Below, in pieces: positions 29,596 to 39,763 of a stretch of 57,741 nt of DNA. Below the pieces are notes generated by a model. The model was not told the DNA's origin. It saw nothing but the letters and a program-made list of their open reading frames with translations, and made no database searches. Source of the DNA: a virus (taxonomy: Duplodnaviria > Caudoviricetes); the IMG/VR virus record IMGVR_UViG_3300042516_002128, positions 1-57,741 of that record. One strand, written 5' to 3'. Every line of letters begins with the position of its first letter. Position 1 is the first letter of the stretch. A program made the position numbers and the translations under genes.

Positions 29596-30813
29596 TTAAA
29601 TTATTGATTTGAAAAATTGTGTTCTATTTTCTGATACTGTTACTAATGAATACTTGTCTTTTACTGTTTCATATAAACGATTACCAAGGTCTTCAATCAT
29701 ATTTGGATTGTCAACTAATCTTTTCATATGTTGAGCCCATTGTTTGTGGTTTTTATTTGGTGACACCAATAGTGCATTACCCTTATCGTTAAACTTACCT
29801 TCATTATATGCTGAAGTTAAATCTATTGTGTATGGTAATGTTTCACTTGCAATGATTGGTTTTTTGTGAAAACCAGCTTCAATTATTTTTAATTGTGATT
29901 TATTTCCATTGAACTCACTTGGATGTAACGGTGCCAAAGATACGTCAAATAAATTATAATTCGATGCGTATTTTCCAACAGGTTGTGTCCATACTCTCAC
30001 ATATTTTTTATTGGATGCATCAAAACTCGATTCTGTAAAGTTATGTAAATTTAATCTATATAAATCATCTACCGATTTATAATTGTCGGTGAATATTTGT
30101 TCGTATTTGTACCAAACAGTTTCCATTGGTTTAATCGGTCTAACCCTTCTTTCTTTGGTTTCCTGATTAATTTCAGTAACATTACCTCTTAAATCAAATC
30201 CACACAATACAAATTGTACATTGTCATAATTTGAGTTCATTACTGAAATACCACTTTTTAGTAATTCAATATCGTGTAAATGGGTTGAACCACCTAACCA
30301 TCCAAATCTTATTTTGTCCGACTTAGTTGGTTTTGGTTGGAATTGAGATTCATTAGGATTTACTGCGTTTGGAAAAACAAGAACGTTTTTAATACCCGCT
30401 TTTGTTTTAATTGTGTTGGCAAAATGTTCTGTGGTACACGTAACATAATCGGAAGACCTCATTAACTCAACCTTTTTACGAGGTAATTCATTATCCTTGA
30501 TTTGTTGATACAATGGATGTCTTTGGTCTGCCGCCCAATAATCATCAATATCCATGATGACTTTAATCCCTTGAGATTTTAGTTTTTTAATTCTTTCGAT
30601 ATTATCTTCGTGACTGGATTGGTGAATAAAACTGTGGAAAACTACAATATCGTAGTTTTTAAAGAACTCATCGTTTTGTTCGACATTTGTAATTATATCT
30701 ACATGGAATTCATCCGAGTAATTATCCCCGATGTATTTAAACGGGTCTAAGATTCTGTACTTTCCAACACCATAGGTATCGGGAGGAATTGCTAATATTC
30801 TAATTTTTGACAT
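29596..30813 (-). CDS. GT-B fold (GT4-like) glycosyltransferase
   Basis: DIDDYW, RFGWLGGSTHLHD, DVSLAPL..FN..KSQLKIIEAG, PIIAS. Confidence 0.85.
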   Translation of the reverse strand: MSKIRILAIPPDTYGVGKYRILDPFKYIGDNYSDEFHVDIITNVEQNDEFFKNYDIVVFHSFIHQSSHEDNIERIKKLKSQGIKVIMDIDDYWAADQRHPLYQQIKDNELPRKKVELMRSSDYVTCTTEHFANTIKTKAGIKNVLVFPNAVNPNESQFQPKPTKSDKIRFGWLGGSTHLHDIELLKSGISVMNSNYDNVQFVLCGFDLRGNVTEINQETKERRVRPIKPMETVWYKYEQIFTDNYKSVDDLYRLNLHNFTESSFDASNKKYVRVWTQPVGKYASNYNLFDVSLAPLHPSEFNGNKSQLKIIEAGFHKKPIIASETLPYTIDLTSAYNEGKFNDKGNALLVSPNKNHKQWAQHMKRLVDNPNMIEDLGNRLYETVKDKYSLVTVSENRTQFFKSII

Positions 30814-30866
30814 CAAATTATATTTGTATGTCTAAATAATAAGAAAAAAAAATGAGAAATCAAACT

Positions 30867-31448
30867 TTACTTGGATTTATTTACTCCAGTAATTTTACCT
30901 TTGAATATAGAATCCCCTACTTTTAGTACTAAATTTTCATTAATTGATAGTGTTTGTTGTGCCGTAAGTATCTGATTTAACTTAGCGTCAAGAATTTCAG
31001 TTACCGTTTTTCTTACAATATTCTCAATAATTGGAACCAAATCACTACTATTGTATGACGGTGAACTACTTTGTTGTTTGTTTGTTGATTTTTTTGTTGA
31101 AACACCCTCACTCTCCATTAGTCTTTTTGTTTTTTCAACAAAATTTATATCTAACGAATCCGTTAAACTAATTTGTGGAATTGGGTTATCAATCATTGCC
31201 TTTTTAATTGCGTCAGGTAATTTAGACTCCATTATTCTACTAACATTAGTTTGTTGAGGTTGTGATGACCTAGATTGAGGTTGTTGATTATATTGTGCAG
31301 ATAATTCTTCTGGGTCAGCTCTTAATACTGATTCATCCACATTTCCTCTTTCGAAACTACCCGTTTCTACTTTATTCATGACTTTCTTGGCCTGTACCAA
31401 TTTCATCATTAAGTCATTTTGTGATATTACTCCTTGTCCTGTTTCCAT
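30867..31448 (-). CDS. Hypothetical protein
   Basis: 193 aa; SKLPDAIKKAMIDNPI. Confidence 0.75.
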   Translation of the reverse strand: METGQGVISQNDLMMKLVQAKKVMNKVETGSFERGNVDESVLRADPEELSAQYNQQPQSRSSQPQQTNVSRIMESKLPDAIKKAMIDNPIPQISLTDSLDINFVEKTKRLMESEGVSTKKSTNKQQSSSPSYNSSDLVPIIENIVRKTVTEILDAKLNQILTAQQTLSINENLVLKVGDSIFKGKITGVNKSK

Positions 31449-31475
31449 GATATTTTTTATATATAATAAGTATTT

Positions 31476-32366
31476 TTAAAAGAAAATTAAAGTCTTCATC
31501 CTTTTTATCGATTCCTGTAATGGGGTTTCGTTATTTTCAATGTCGGTTTTTGGTTGTGGTTCAGTATTACCAACTTTTACATTGTCATTCCTTAACAATC
31601 TAAACAGTTCGGTCTCTGAGTCTTTTTCCAATTTTCTTCTAGTTCCTTCTCCCGGTTTTATATTACCACCAACTTCAGACTGTGATTTAACCCAATCATC
31701 TAATTTTTTCTTATAAAGTGTATCAATACCTAATTTAACATTTTCAGGTGATATTTCTTTATTGTTGTTTATGTTAGTTATTTTGTTTTTTAAATCATTG
31801 TAAACCTCAACGTCCCTTTTAACTTCCGGTTGAGGTAAAGGTGAAGGTTTTTCTTTTGGTTTAGGTTGCGGTAATTCTGTTTTAGGTTTTTCGGGTTCTT
31901 TTGTAGGTGTGACGGTCGGTTTTGGTATTTCTTTTTTAGGTGTTGGTAACGTTCCCCAATTACTTTTTACCTCAATACTAGTTAAACTTTTATCTCCGTT
32001 TTCATTATAACCCGGTCTTTTTTGGTCGAATGTTTCGTCTTCATAAATGTTAATACCTGACATTCTTGATATAATAAACATTCTCCAACCATATTCGGCG
32101 GTTCCTAATTTATTACTATCAAAACCTTTTTTAGATGTTGACGGTGGTTGTACCCATCCCCTAACAACTAAATTACCTTTTTTTGTTAACCCCATTACAA
32201 CCAATTCGGCTCTAATTCTTCTTCCCGGTAAAACCTCACCTTTTGGTCCGTTATAATAGAAGGAAACGGGATTTCGGTTTATAATTGCATCCTTTAATCT
32301 TTTATTTATAGAACCATTTGGTGCCTCTAATAAAATTTGGGATAATATGTTATTTAAATTTATCAT
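31476..32366 (-). CDS. WYL-like domain protein with Pro-rich linker
   Basis: DAI..R.PVSFYY...R..E...MG...N.VVRGW...WRMFIISRM fits the WYL pattern. Confidence 0.6.
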   Translation of the reverse strand: MINLNNILSQILLEAPNGSINKRLKDAIINRNPVSFYYNGPKGEVLPGRRIRAELVVMGLTKKGNLVVRGWVQPPSTSKKGFDSNKLGTAEYGWRMFIISRMSGINIYEDETFDQKRPGYNENGDKSLTSIEVKSNWGTLPTPKKEIPKPTVTPTKEPEKPKTELPQPKPKEKPSPLPQPEVKRDVEVYNDLKNKITNINNNKEISPENVKLGIDTLYKKKLDDWVKSQSEVGGNIKPGEGTRRKLEKDSETELFRLLRNDNVKVGNTEPQPKTDIENNETPLQESIKRMKTLIFF

Positions 32367-34555
32367 TAAAAATCGGGATATGCTTTAATTGTTGAGTATT
32401 TATTTTTTGCTAATTGGTCGATTCTTCCTGGTCCTATTGCGTTACCAAAAATATCGGTTCTAGTACCAATCTGACCACTATTATTTTCTCCTCTACCTTT
32501 CTCGTCACCGTCTGATATCGCATTTGGGTTAGTTGTATTATACTGAAAACTATCAGAATAAATGTTAATAGCCTTTAAACCCAATCTACCGGGACCAATT
32601 GCATTACCAAAAATATCAGTTTTGGTTCCGATTTGTCCGCTGGTATTTTCACCTCTACCTTTTTCATCACCATCGGATACCGCATTTGGATTATTGACAT
32701 TATATTCAAAACTATCAGAATAGATATTAATAGCTTTTAAACCCAACCTGCCGGGACCAATTGCGTTACCAAAAATATCCGTTCTTGTACCGATTTGTCC
32801 ACTACTATTTTCTCCCCTACCTTTTTCATCTCCGTCAGATACCGCATTTGGATTATTGACATTGTATTGAAAAAAATCAGAGTAGATATTCATCGCCTTT
32901 AAACCTAATCTACCAGGACCAAGTGCGTTACCAAAAATATCAGTCTTTGTTCCAATATCACCGGTAATATTTTCTCCTCTACCTTTTTCATCTCCGTCAG
33001 ATAAAGCATTTGGGTTATTAACATTGTATTCGAAATTATCAGAATAGATATTAATAGCTTTTAAACCTAACCTGCCCGGACCAAGTGCGTTACCAAAAAT
33101 ATCAGTCTTTGTTCCAATATCACCGCTTGTATTTTCTCCTCTACCTTTTTCATCACCATCGGATATTGCATTTTTATTAACTGAACTATAGTTATTGGTG
33201 TAATTATAACCATTAATTGCTAGTAATGTATTCCTTTCGTTAATATCTGTTTTAGTTCCAATTTGACCACTATTATTTTCTCCTCTACCTTTTTCATCAC
33301 CATCGGATATGGCATTCTGATTAACTGAACTATAGTTATTGGTATAATTGTAACCGTTTTTTGCTAAAAGAGTATTTCTTTCATTAATATCAGTTTTGGT
33401 TCCGATTTGTCCGCTGGTATTTTCTCCTCTACCTTTCTCATCACCATCGGATATTGCGTCCCTATTGGTTAATCCGTAGTTGTTGGTATAGTTATAATCG
33501 TTTTTAGCTAAAAGAGTATTTCTTTCATTAATGTCCGTTCTCGTACCAATTTGTCCACTTGGATTTTCCCCTCTACCTTTTTCGTCTCCGTCAGATAAAG
33601 CGTCTTTATTTAATAGACCGTAATTATTGGTATAGTTATAACCATTAATTGATAATAATTTTATCCTTTCATTAATATCGGTTCTAGTACCAATCTGACC
33701 ACTATTGTTTTCTCCTCTACCTTTTTCATCACCATCGGATATGGCATTAGGATTAGTTAATCCATAACCATTTGTTGGTCCGTAATTATTTTTTGATAAA
33801 AGAGCATTTCTTTCATTAATATCTGTTTTTGAACCAATACTACCATTTAACTCACCTTTACCTCTTTCGTCTCCGTCAGATATTGCATTTTGATTAGTTG
33901 AATTATAGTTGTTGGCGTAATTGTAATCGTTTTTAGCTAATAATTTTGTTCTTTCATTAATATCTGTTTTTGAACCAACATTACCATTTAATTCTCCCTT
34001 ACCTCTTTCATCACCATCAGATATAGCGTTTTGATTTGTTAACCCATATCCATTTGATGAATTGTAATTATTTTTAGATAGTAAAACATTTCTTTCGTTA
34101 ATATCTGTTCTGGTTCCAATTTGTCCATTTGAGTTCTCACCCCTACCTTTCTCGTCTCCGTCAGATAAAGCATTTTTATTTGATATCCCATAACCGTTTG
34201 TTGGTCCGTAATTATTCTTGGAAAGTAGAGTATTTCTTTCGTTAATGTCTGTTTTAGAACCAATATTACCGTTTAATTCACCTTTACCCTTATCATCACC
34301 ATCAGATAAAGAATCTAAATTAACTGAACTATAGTTGTTTGATGAATTGTAATTATTTTTAGATAGTAAAACGTTTCTTTCGTTAATGTCAGTTCTAGTA
34401 CCGACATTACCGTTTAATTCACCTTTACCCTTATTGTCACCATCAGATAACGCATTTAAACTTGTTGAGTTGTAACTATTTGGGAGGTTGTATCCATTCG
34501 CCGCCAACAATAAAGCTCTTTGTTGAATTGCTATAATTTCTAATTCCGTCGGCAT
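32366..34555 (-). CDS. Tandem-repeat protein: 14 units of 47-54 aa with SDGDEKGRGE core
   Basis: 14 SDGD motifs counted; nine DINER-type units then five DIFGNA(L/I)GPGR-type units. Confidence 0.85.
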   Translation of the reverse strand: MPTELEIIAIQQRALLLAANGYNLPNSYNSTSLNALSDGDNKGKGELNGNVGTRTDINERNVLLSKNNYNSSNNYSSVNLDSLSDGDDKGKGELNGNIGSKTDINERNTLLSKNNYGPTNGYGISNKNALSDGDEKGRGENSNGQIGTRTDINERNVLLSKNNYNSSNGYGLTNQNAISDGDERGKGELNGNVGSKTDINERTKLLAKNDYNYANNYNSTNQNAISDGDERGKGELNGSIGSKTDINERNALLSKNNYGPTNGYGLTNPNAISDGDEKGRGENNSGQIGTRTDINERIKLLSINGYNYTNNYGLLNKDALSDGDEKGRGENPSGQIGTRTDINERNTLLAKNDYNYTNNYGLTNRDAISDGDEKGRGENTSGQIGTKTDINERNTLLAKNGYNYTNNYSSVNQNAISDGDEKGRGENNSGQIGTKTDINERNTLLAINGYNYTNNYSSVNKNAISDGDEKGRGENTSGDIGTKTDIFGNALGPGRLGLKAINIYSDNFEYNVNNPNALSDGDEKGRGENITGDIGTKTDIFGNALGPGRLGLKAMNIYSDFFQYNVNNPNAVSDGDEKGRGENSSGQIGTRTDIFGNAIGPGRLGLKAINIYSDSFEYNVNNPNAVSDGDEKGRGENTSGQIGTKTDIFGNAIGPGRLGLKAINIYSDSFQYNTTNPNAISDGDEKGRGENNSGQIGTRTDIFGNAIGPGRIDQLAKNKYSTIKAYPDF

Positions 34556-34556
34556 C

Positions 34557-35054
34557 TTAGTATTTAATTAATTTTTTTATTTTATCAACCTCTTCAAATA
34601 AACCAAGTGATGTGATTGGAGAAATTGAGCTTTTATGTGAATTACTTTTAATAAGATTAGTCGGTATTTTAAAACTGAATTTTTTTGTATGTTTTTTTAG
34701 GTGACTGTTTTTTCTCTCACCTGTCATACTTGACATCTCATCCGCGTTTTTCTTAGAATCTTTACGATTACTAATTAAATCTCTTTCACCTTGTAAATGT
34801 TGATTAGCCCATCTTTCCATCAAATCACCACCACATAAATCATATTTCAATCTATCTTTTATTTTATCTATGTTTTGAATGTCGTGGATAATTCTTTTCA
34901 ATTGACCATATTTTACTGATTTATCTTGTAAAATTTTTTTTGCTCTTTGTATTCCACGCACATTTTGACCATTTAAACCAACAATAGTATGATTTATTTT
35001 ATCCAATATGTCCTGTGGAACATTAAAAACTCTACCTTTTAAATCTTTATTCAT
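34557..35054 (-). CDS. Basic hypothetical protein
   Basis: 165 aa; C-terminal LFEEVDKIKKLIKY. Confidence 0.75.
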   Translation of the reverse strand: MNKDLKGRVFNVPQDILDKINHTIVGLNGQNVRGIQRAKKILQDKSVKYGQLKRIIHDIQNIDKIKDRLKYDLCGGDLMERWANQHLQGERDLISNRKDSKKNADEMSSMTGERKNSHLKKHTKKFSFKIPTNLIKSNSHKSSISPITSLGLFEEVDKIKKLIKY

Positions 35055-35799
35055 TATCTTCTTTATTCAAAAGTTTAATTACATCTTTTACAGATACGTT
35101 ATTTTTAGTTAATGTATTTTTTAACGCTAAAATTTGTTTTTTAATAATAGGTTCAATATCTTTTTCAATATCCTCATCAAATTCTTTGTTAACTAAATCA
35201 GAGGATTTTGATTTTTTAGAAATTACACTTTCTACATAATCTCTAATATATTCTTTTGGATTTTCAATTAATCTAACTTTATCTCCTTTTAAATTTTTAT
35301 CATATCCCATTTGAGCCAATCTTTCATCGGCTTCAGGTTCTTTAATACCCAATTCGTCTTTAAAATAATCTTCAGCATCGTCCTTATCAACATCTTTTCC
35401 TAATGTTTTTTCATATCCAAGAGTTTTACTCATATCCGCTTCCATCCAATATCTTAATGATGTGAAAGCACTACGAGCTACGGTACTACCCATCATTCCT
35501 CGTCCCATACTTACAGATTGGTCTGTTGTTTTTTTACTTGCACTTCCCGATTCTTTTGTATTTGGTACTTTACTCATACCAAAGTTACCCTTTCCATCCA
35601 CAATTTCATCAACTTCTTTTTCAACCTCATCTGGTAATTTTTTATAATTGGTATCGTCAGAAAATTCCTTAGCCATATTTTCCCACTTTAATCTTTCTTT
35701 TTTGGATAAAGACTTATCATTCGCCTTGGCAAAAAATAATCTTTGTTGTTTTTTAGACTTAAAAGTCTCTTCAATTATGTTTTTTATGTATTTATCCAT
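35047..35799 (-). CDS. Hypothetical protein, candidate head-internal
   Basis: 250 aa; IIEE.FKSKKQQR.FFA start; late motif upstream. Confidence 0.75.
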   Translation of the reverse strand: MDKYIKNIIEETFKSKKQQRLFFAKANDKSLSKKERLKWENMAKEFSDDTNYKKLPDEVEKEVDEIVDGKGNFGMSKVPNTKESGSASKKTTDQSVSMGRGMMGSTVARSAFTSLRYWMEADMSKTLGYEKTLGKDVDKDDAEDYFKDELGIKEPEADERLAQMGYDKNLKGDKVRLIENPKEYIRDYVESVISKKSKSSDLVNKEFDEDIEKDIEPIIKKQILALKNTLTKNNVSVKDVIKLLNKEDNE

Positions 35800-35855
35800 T
35801 ATAACAAGTTTATTATATAAATATCAAAAGAAACGAAAGATATTTATTATAGAAT

Positions 35856-38288
35856 ATGAATAGTCAAAATATATTGAAATTTTGGGGTACACGCATGGAT
35901 TTGAAGATTGACTCTTCAGAATATCATGATTATGAGATATCTAAAACAGAATCGGATTATAATTCTGATGTGTTAGATTTTAACACCCCAATTAATTATT
36001 CGGGGTTAAGTGTAAACACCACGGGATTAACAAATGCGGATTGTGTTAGAAATACAATATCTTTAAATGAATTTGACAATACGGTTAATGACCCATCATA
36101 TCCATATTCGGCTTATACTTGGACATTATCATATAGTGCGTTTACCAACCAATTAAACAATTCTGATATTATTTTAAAAAATGATGTTTATGAATTTATT
36201 AATAGTAGTGGAGAAACTCATTATTTTATTGAAAATGGGTATAATAATTCACTATCAAATCCATTTTCTTTAAATGTTACAGGATTTACAACAGGTTCTA
36301 CTGTTGATTGCACTTTACAATTTTCAGGAACAGGAATAACAACAACCATTTGTTGTCCAAGAGACCCAATTCCATCAGCAAAACCGTGGGCGTATCAAAT
36401 TAACCATGGTGCTGGTGTTAATAATTGTGATTATTCAGTTAAAAGAAGGACAGAAAAAGGATGGACAATTGATTTTGTTTTAAATAAAGATTCTCTTCCA
36501 TGGTCTGACGGTAATGTCATATACTATCTTGGGGTTAGAAATGAATCTGATATAGTAGATTACGCAGATAATAACCTATCTTTCTCATTTACAGATGACG
36601 GTCGACTTAAATGGACATCAATTCGTTATTCGGGTATCTGTGATAGTTCTTCGGGGTATACAGAATCATTTTATATTTCGTCAGGACAAACATTACCATT
36701 ATGTAATAATGGAACAAGTAATGATTTTAATATTACAATAACATTTGATAGATACAGTAGATATACTGATTGTAATCTTGAAAATGATGGGGGTTGGAAT
36801 GATTTAATTCCAGGAGTAAAGGTTATTCCATATGTACCAGAATCTGGTAGTTCGGTAACATCAACCCAAACTACAATTTATACCGAAGTTGAAGAACTAA
36901 ATAAAAAATGGGCGTTTGAAAGAGAAAGACGACTTGGTATTTTAAAAATTTATTTAAACGGTAGACCAATATATAAATTAAAAGATTGGGAGGAAATAAT
37001 TCCATCTGATAGGGGTGAACAACCTTTTATACAATCATGGGGTTCAGGTACTCAATACGCCGGTGGTGTACACAATATGGGTACGTCTTGTTTTAATTTT
37101 AAACAAATACAATTTTATGAACAACCATTAGATTTTGTTAACGTCAGACATCATTATTTAACGGAAATAAAACCAAACTTTAATATTGTTGAATGTAATG
37201 AAGATTGTTATGAGGATGTTGTGGGTTTTACAGGTTGTGAAAAAAACTGTTATTATTGGAACGTCTTTATTAATCAAAATGATTTAAATTCCGCAACGGG
37301 AAATACGATAAATGATGATAATAGTGTTTATGTAGATAGAATTAATTGTCAATTAGACTCCGAAACAAAACAATATTCAACTTCAGGTTTAACTTATTGG
37401 AATGTATGTATGCCTAAATTGGCTGATTATGAATTTTACTATTATGTTAATGATGTAAAAACTTTAGTTACCGGTAATACAAGTAACATGACGATAACCT
37501 CAGATTGTTGTGATTTAGATAAAAAATATAAATTAACTGTCACGGGTGACTTACATCCAAACGCTTTAGGGTCTAGCGAAGCTGATTTATATGTGAATGG
37601 TGAATTAATTTTTCATTGGGATAAAGATATTTTTTGGGTAATTAATCCTGATGTTTGGGAATATGGTTTAAACAAAGGAGATAAAGTTTATCTCGATTTT
37701 AAACCCGATTTATGTGCACCCGAAGTTGGACAAAAAGACTTATACGTATATTCGGGACTAACAAATATTGATTCATATTCTTGGTACAGTCCATCATTAA
37801 GTTGTACAGGTAGTCCTATATTATCAGGTTACACAACTCCTGTTTATACTGTAAATGACGATTTATCAATCGAAATATATTGTCCGGCGTGTGTTCCGGT
37901 AACTCCCACTCCTACTCCTACACCAACTCCTACATCAAGTGGGGTAGCCGTAACTCCAAGTATAACACCAACTAGAACAATCACACCAACCAATACCCCA
38001 ACCAATACTCCAACACCATCAATAACACCAAGTACAGTTGTATCGTTTACATATTCATTATTAGGTGCAAACCCAAGTGCCAGTGCCACTGCATGTTTTA
38101 TTTACCCAGCTAGTGGGGTACCAAACGTTTATGGAGTAAAGGTATTTGGTAGTTTAGTAACTTCAGATATTTTATATTCAGATGTAAGTTTAACCACACC
38201 ACTAACAAATGGTTTTTATTATTCAAATGGTACAAATTGGGTTAAAATAAATAACTCAGGGGTAATAACTAGTACTGGAACTTGTTAA
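35856..38288 (+). CDS. Large Cys-containing virion protein, LamG/concanavalin-like segment plus Pro-Thr linker
   Basis: LKIYLNGR..., FKQIQFYEQPL (LamG-like), TPTPTPTPTPT linker. Confidence 0.65.
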   Translation: MNSQNILKFWGTRMDLKIDSSEYHDYEISKTESDYNSDVLDFNTPINYSGLSVNTTGLTNADCVRNTISLNEFDNTVNDPSYPYSAYTWTLSYSAFTNQLNNSDIILKNDVYEFINSSGETHYFIENGYNNSLSNPFSLNVTGFTTGSTVDCTLQFSGTGITTTICCPRDPIPSAKPWAYQINHGAGVNNCDYSVKRRTEKGWTIDFVLNKDSLPWSDGNVIYYLGVRNESDIVDYADNNLSFSFTDDGRLKWTSIRYSGICDSSSGYTESFYISSGQTLPLCNNGTSNDFNITITFDRYSRYTDCNLENDGGWNDLIPGVKVIPYVPESGSSVTSTQTTIYTEVEELNKKWAFERERRLGILKIYLNGRPIYKLKDWEEIIPSDRGEQPFIQSWGSGTQYAGGVHNMGTSCFNFKQIQFYEQPLDFVNVRHHYLTEIKPNFNIVECNEDCYEDVVGFTGCEKNCYYWNVFINQNDLNSATGNTINDDNSVYVDRINCQLDSETKQYSTSGLTYWNVCMPKLADYEFYYYVNDVKTLVTGNTSNMTITSDCCDLDKKYKLTVTGDLHPNALGSSEADLYVNGELIFHWDKDIFWVINPDVWEYGLNKGDKVYLDFKPDLCAPEVGQKDLYVYSGLTNIDSYSWYSPSLSCTGSPILSGYTTPVYTVNDDLSIEIYCPACVPVTPTPTPTPTPTSSGVAVTPSITPTRTITPTNTPTNTPTPSITPSTVVSFTYSLLGANPSASATACFIYPASGVPNVYGVKVFGSLVTSDILYSDVSLTTPLTNGFYYSNGTNWVKINNSGVITSTGTC

Positions 38289-38311
38289 AAAAAAACATAA
38301 TATTTATAGTT

Positions 38312-38359
38312 AAACCAACAAGAACCATCACACCAACCTCAACACCAAGTACTTCGTAA
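38312..38359 (+). pseudogene. Orphan Pro-Thr linker fragment
   Basis: Reads KPTRTITPTSTPSTS* with no ATG, directly after a TATTTAT motif. Confidence 0.5.
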
Positions 38360-38466
38360 AAAATAACTTCAAGTTTCACAAAACTTTAATTATACCTTCT
38401 TTTTATGTATCATTTACTAATTCATGTATTTTAACTATTTATCTTTAAAGAGTCGAATAATCAATA

Positions 38467-39297
38467 ATGACAACCATAATATTAACATCAAACAACTATA
38501 GTGGACAAACTGCGAACATTACTTATTATCCTGATACAGGTGGTACGATTAGCCTTGGCTCTGTCGTTGTCCCTTATTATTATAGTACTGACTATTTTTA
38601 TGGTACTTATGAGTTATATTTTCCAATATTTAACAAAACATGTACATTATACATTGAGACTCCTATACCTACCCCTACGGTTACACCTACTTTAACCCCA
38701 ACCAACACAATTACCCCAACAAGAACCCTTACACCCACTCTAACACCAACTAATACTATCACGCCAACTCCAACAGTAACACCAACTCCAACAAGTTCAT
38801 TTAGTGCTGGTTTATATAAAACAACATATTCGGGTTATCATAACGAAAATCCTGCGTTTTTTGCAACAGCAACCCCAACAACATTTGGAACAAACCCAGC
38901 CACCTCGGTTCAAACAACTTCTATCTCCGAATCCGGATTAAGTGATGATGGCTCTAACTTTAGTTGTCAATGGTTAGGATATTTCAAACCAACAACAACA
39001 GAAACATATACATTCTTCTTATCAAGTGATGATGGTTCTTATCTTTGGATTGGTGCCAATGCTCAGTCAGGATTTACCACCGCTAACTCTAACGTAAACA
39101 ATGGTGGGGCTCATGGAAATCAGGAGGTATCAGGTTCAATTTCATTAACCGCCGGTGTCCTTTACCCAATAAGAATACAATTTGGTGAAATTGGTGGTGG
39201 TGATGTTATGACATTTAGTTACTCATCGCCGACCATAACAAAAACAACAAATGTAACAGGTTTAGTTTTTTATAATCCTTCAACAAATGGATTTTAA
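38467..39297 (+). CDS. PA14/GLEYA-like carbohydrate-binding domain protein with Pro-Thr linker
   Basis: FSCQWLGYFKP...YTFFLSSDDGSYLWIG...YPIRIQFGE is the PA14 signature. Confidence 0.85.
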   Translation: MTTIILTSNNYSGQTANITYYPDTGGTISLGSVVVPYYYSTDYFYGTYELYFPIFNKTCTLYIETPIPTPTVTPTLTPTNTITPTRTLTPTLTPTNTITPTPTVTPTPTSSFSAGLYKTTYSGYHNENPAFFATATPTTFGTNPATSVQTTSISESGLSDDGSNFSCQWLGYFKPTTTETYTFFLSSDDGSYLWIGANAQSGFTTANSNVNNGGAHGNQEVSGSISLTAGVLYPIRIQFGEIGGGDVMTFSYSSPTITKTTNVTGLVFYNPSTNGF

Positions 39298-39327
39298 TTA
39301 AAATAAAAAGAACAATATTTATAGAAT

Positions 39328-39696
39328 ATGGAATTTTTTATTAGACAAGGAGCATCAGAACCAATATTAAAATTAAGATTAATAGACGACGGTAAAAACG
39401 ATAAGTCGGGATTTAACGATGCACTTGAAAATTGTGATATTACATTTGAAATGTTTAATATTGAAAATGGTGAGTATGAAATTTTAAATTCAGGATGTCA
39501 AATCACAACAAGAGATAAGAAATACGACCAAACAACTGATGAATATTATATTGTCCATAGATTTACTGAATCTCAAACCGCAAACATAGGAAAATACGAA
39601 GGTAAGGTTACGGTTCAGTTCTTAGATACTTCTCTAAATCCAACAACAAAATTGATTTTACCCGTTAAAGAAAAATTATTTATCACCATATTTTGA
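39328..39696 (+). CDS. BppU-like Ig-fold virion protein
   Basis: FFIRQG..P.L...T...G.YEG...V.F...LILP pattern. Confidence 0.55.
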   Translation: MEFFIRQGASEPILKLRLIDDGKNDKSGFNDALENCDITFEMFNIENGEYEILNSGCQITTRDKKYDQTTDEYYIVHRFTESQTANIGKYEGKVTVQFLDTSLNPTTKLILPVKEKLFITIF

Positions 39697-39722
39697 TAAT
39701 CAAATTTTTTTCTGTATATTTT

Positions 39723-39763
39723 TGACAAGACTAATTACGGATGTTCCGTAAGATAATGTGTCA
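39723..39763 (+). promoter_or_regulatory. Stem-loop in the DNA polymerase leader
   Basis: TTACGGA-TGT-TCCGTAA (39735-51) nested in TGACA...TGTCA. Confidence 0.55.

Noticed and set aside
32400-34500. Regularly spaced DNA repeats resembling a CRISPR array
   Set aside because: Repeats are in frame, vary at third codon positions, and the 'spacers' are homologous; no cas genes seen.
32400-34500. DGR template/variable repeat pair
   Set aside because: Differences are not adenine-specific and no reverse transcriptase is present in the window.
35007-35022. Half parS-like sequence (GTGGAACA)
   Set aside because: Only one arm matches and it lies inside a CDS; likely chance.
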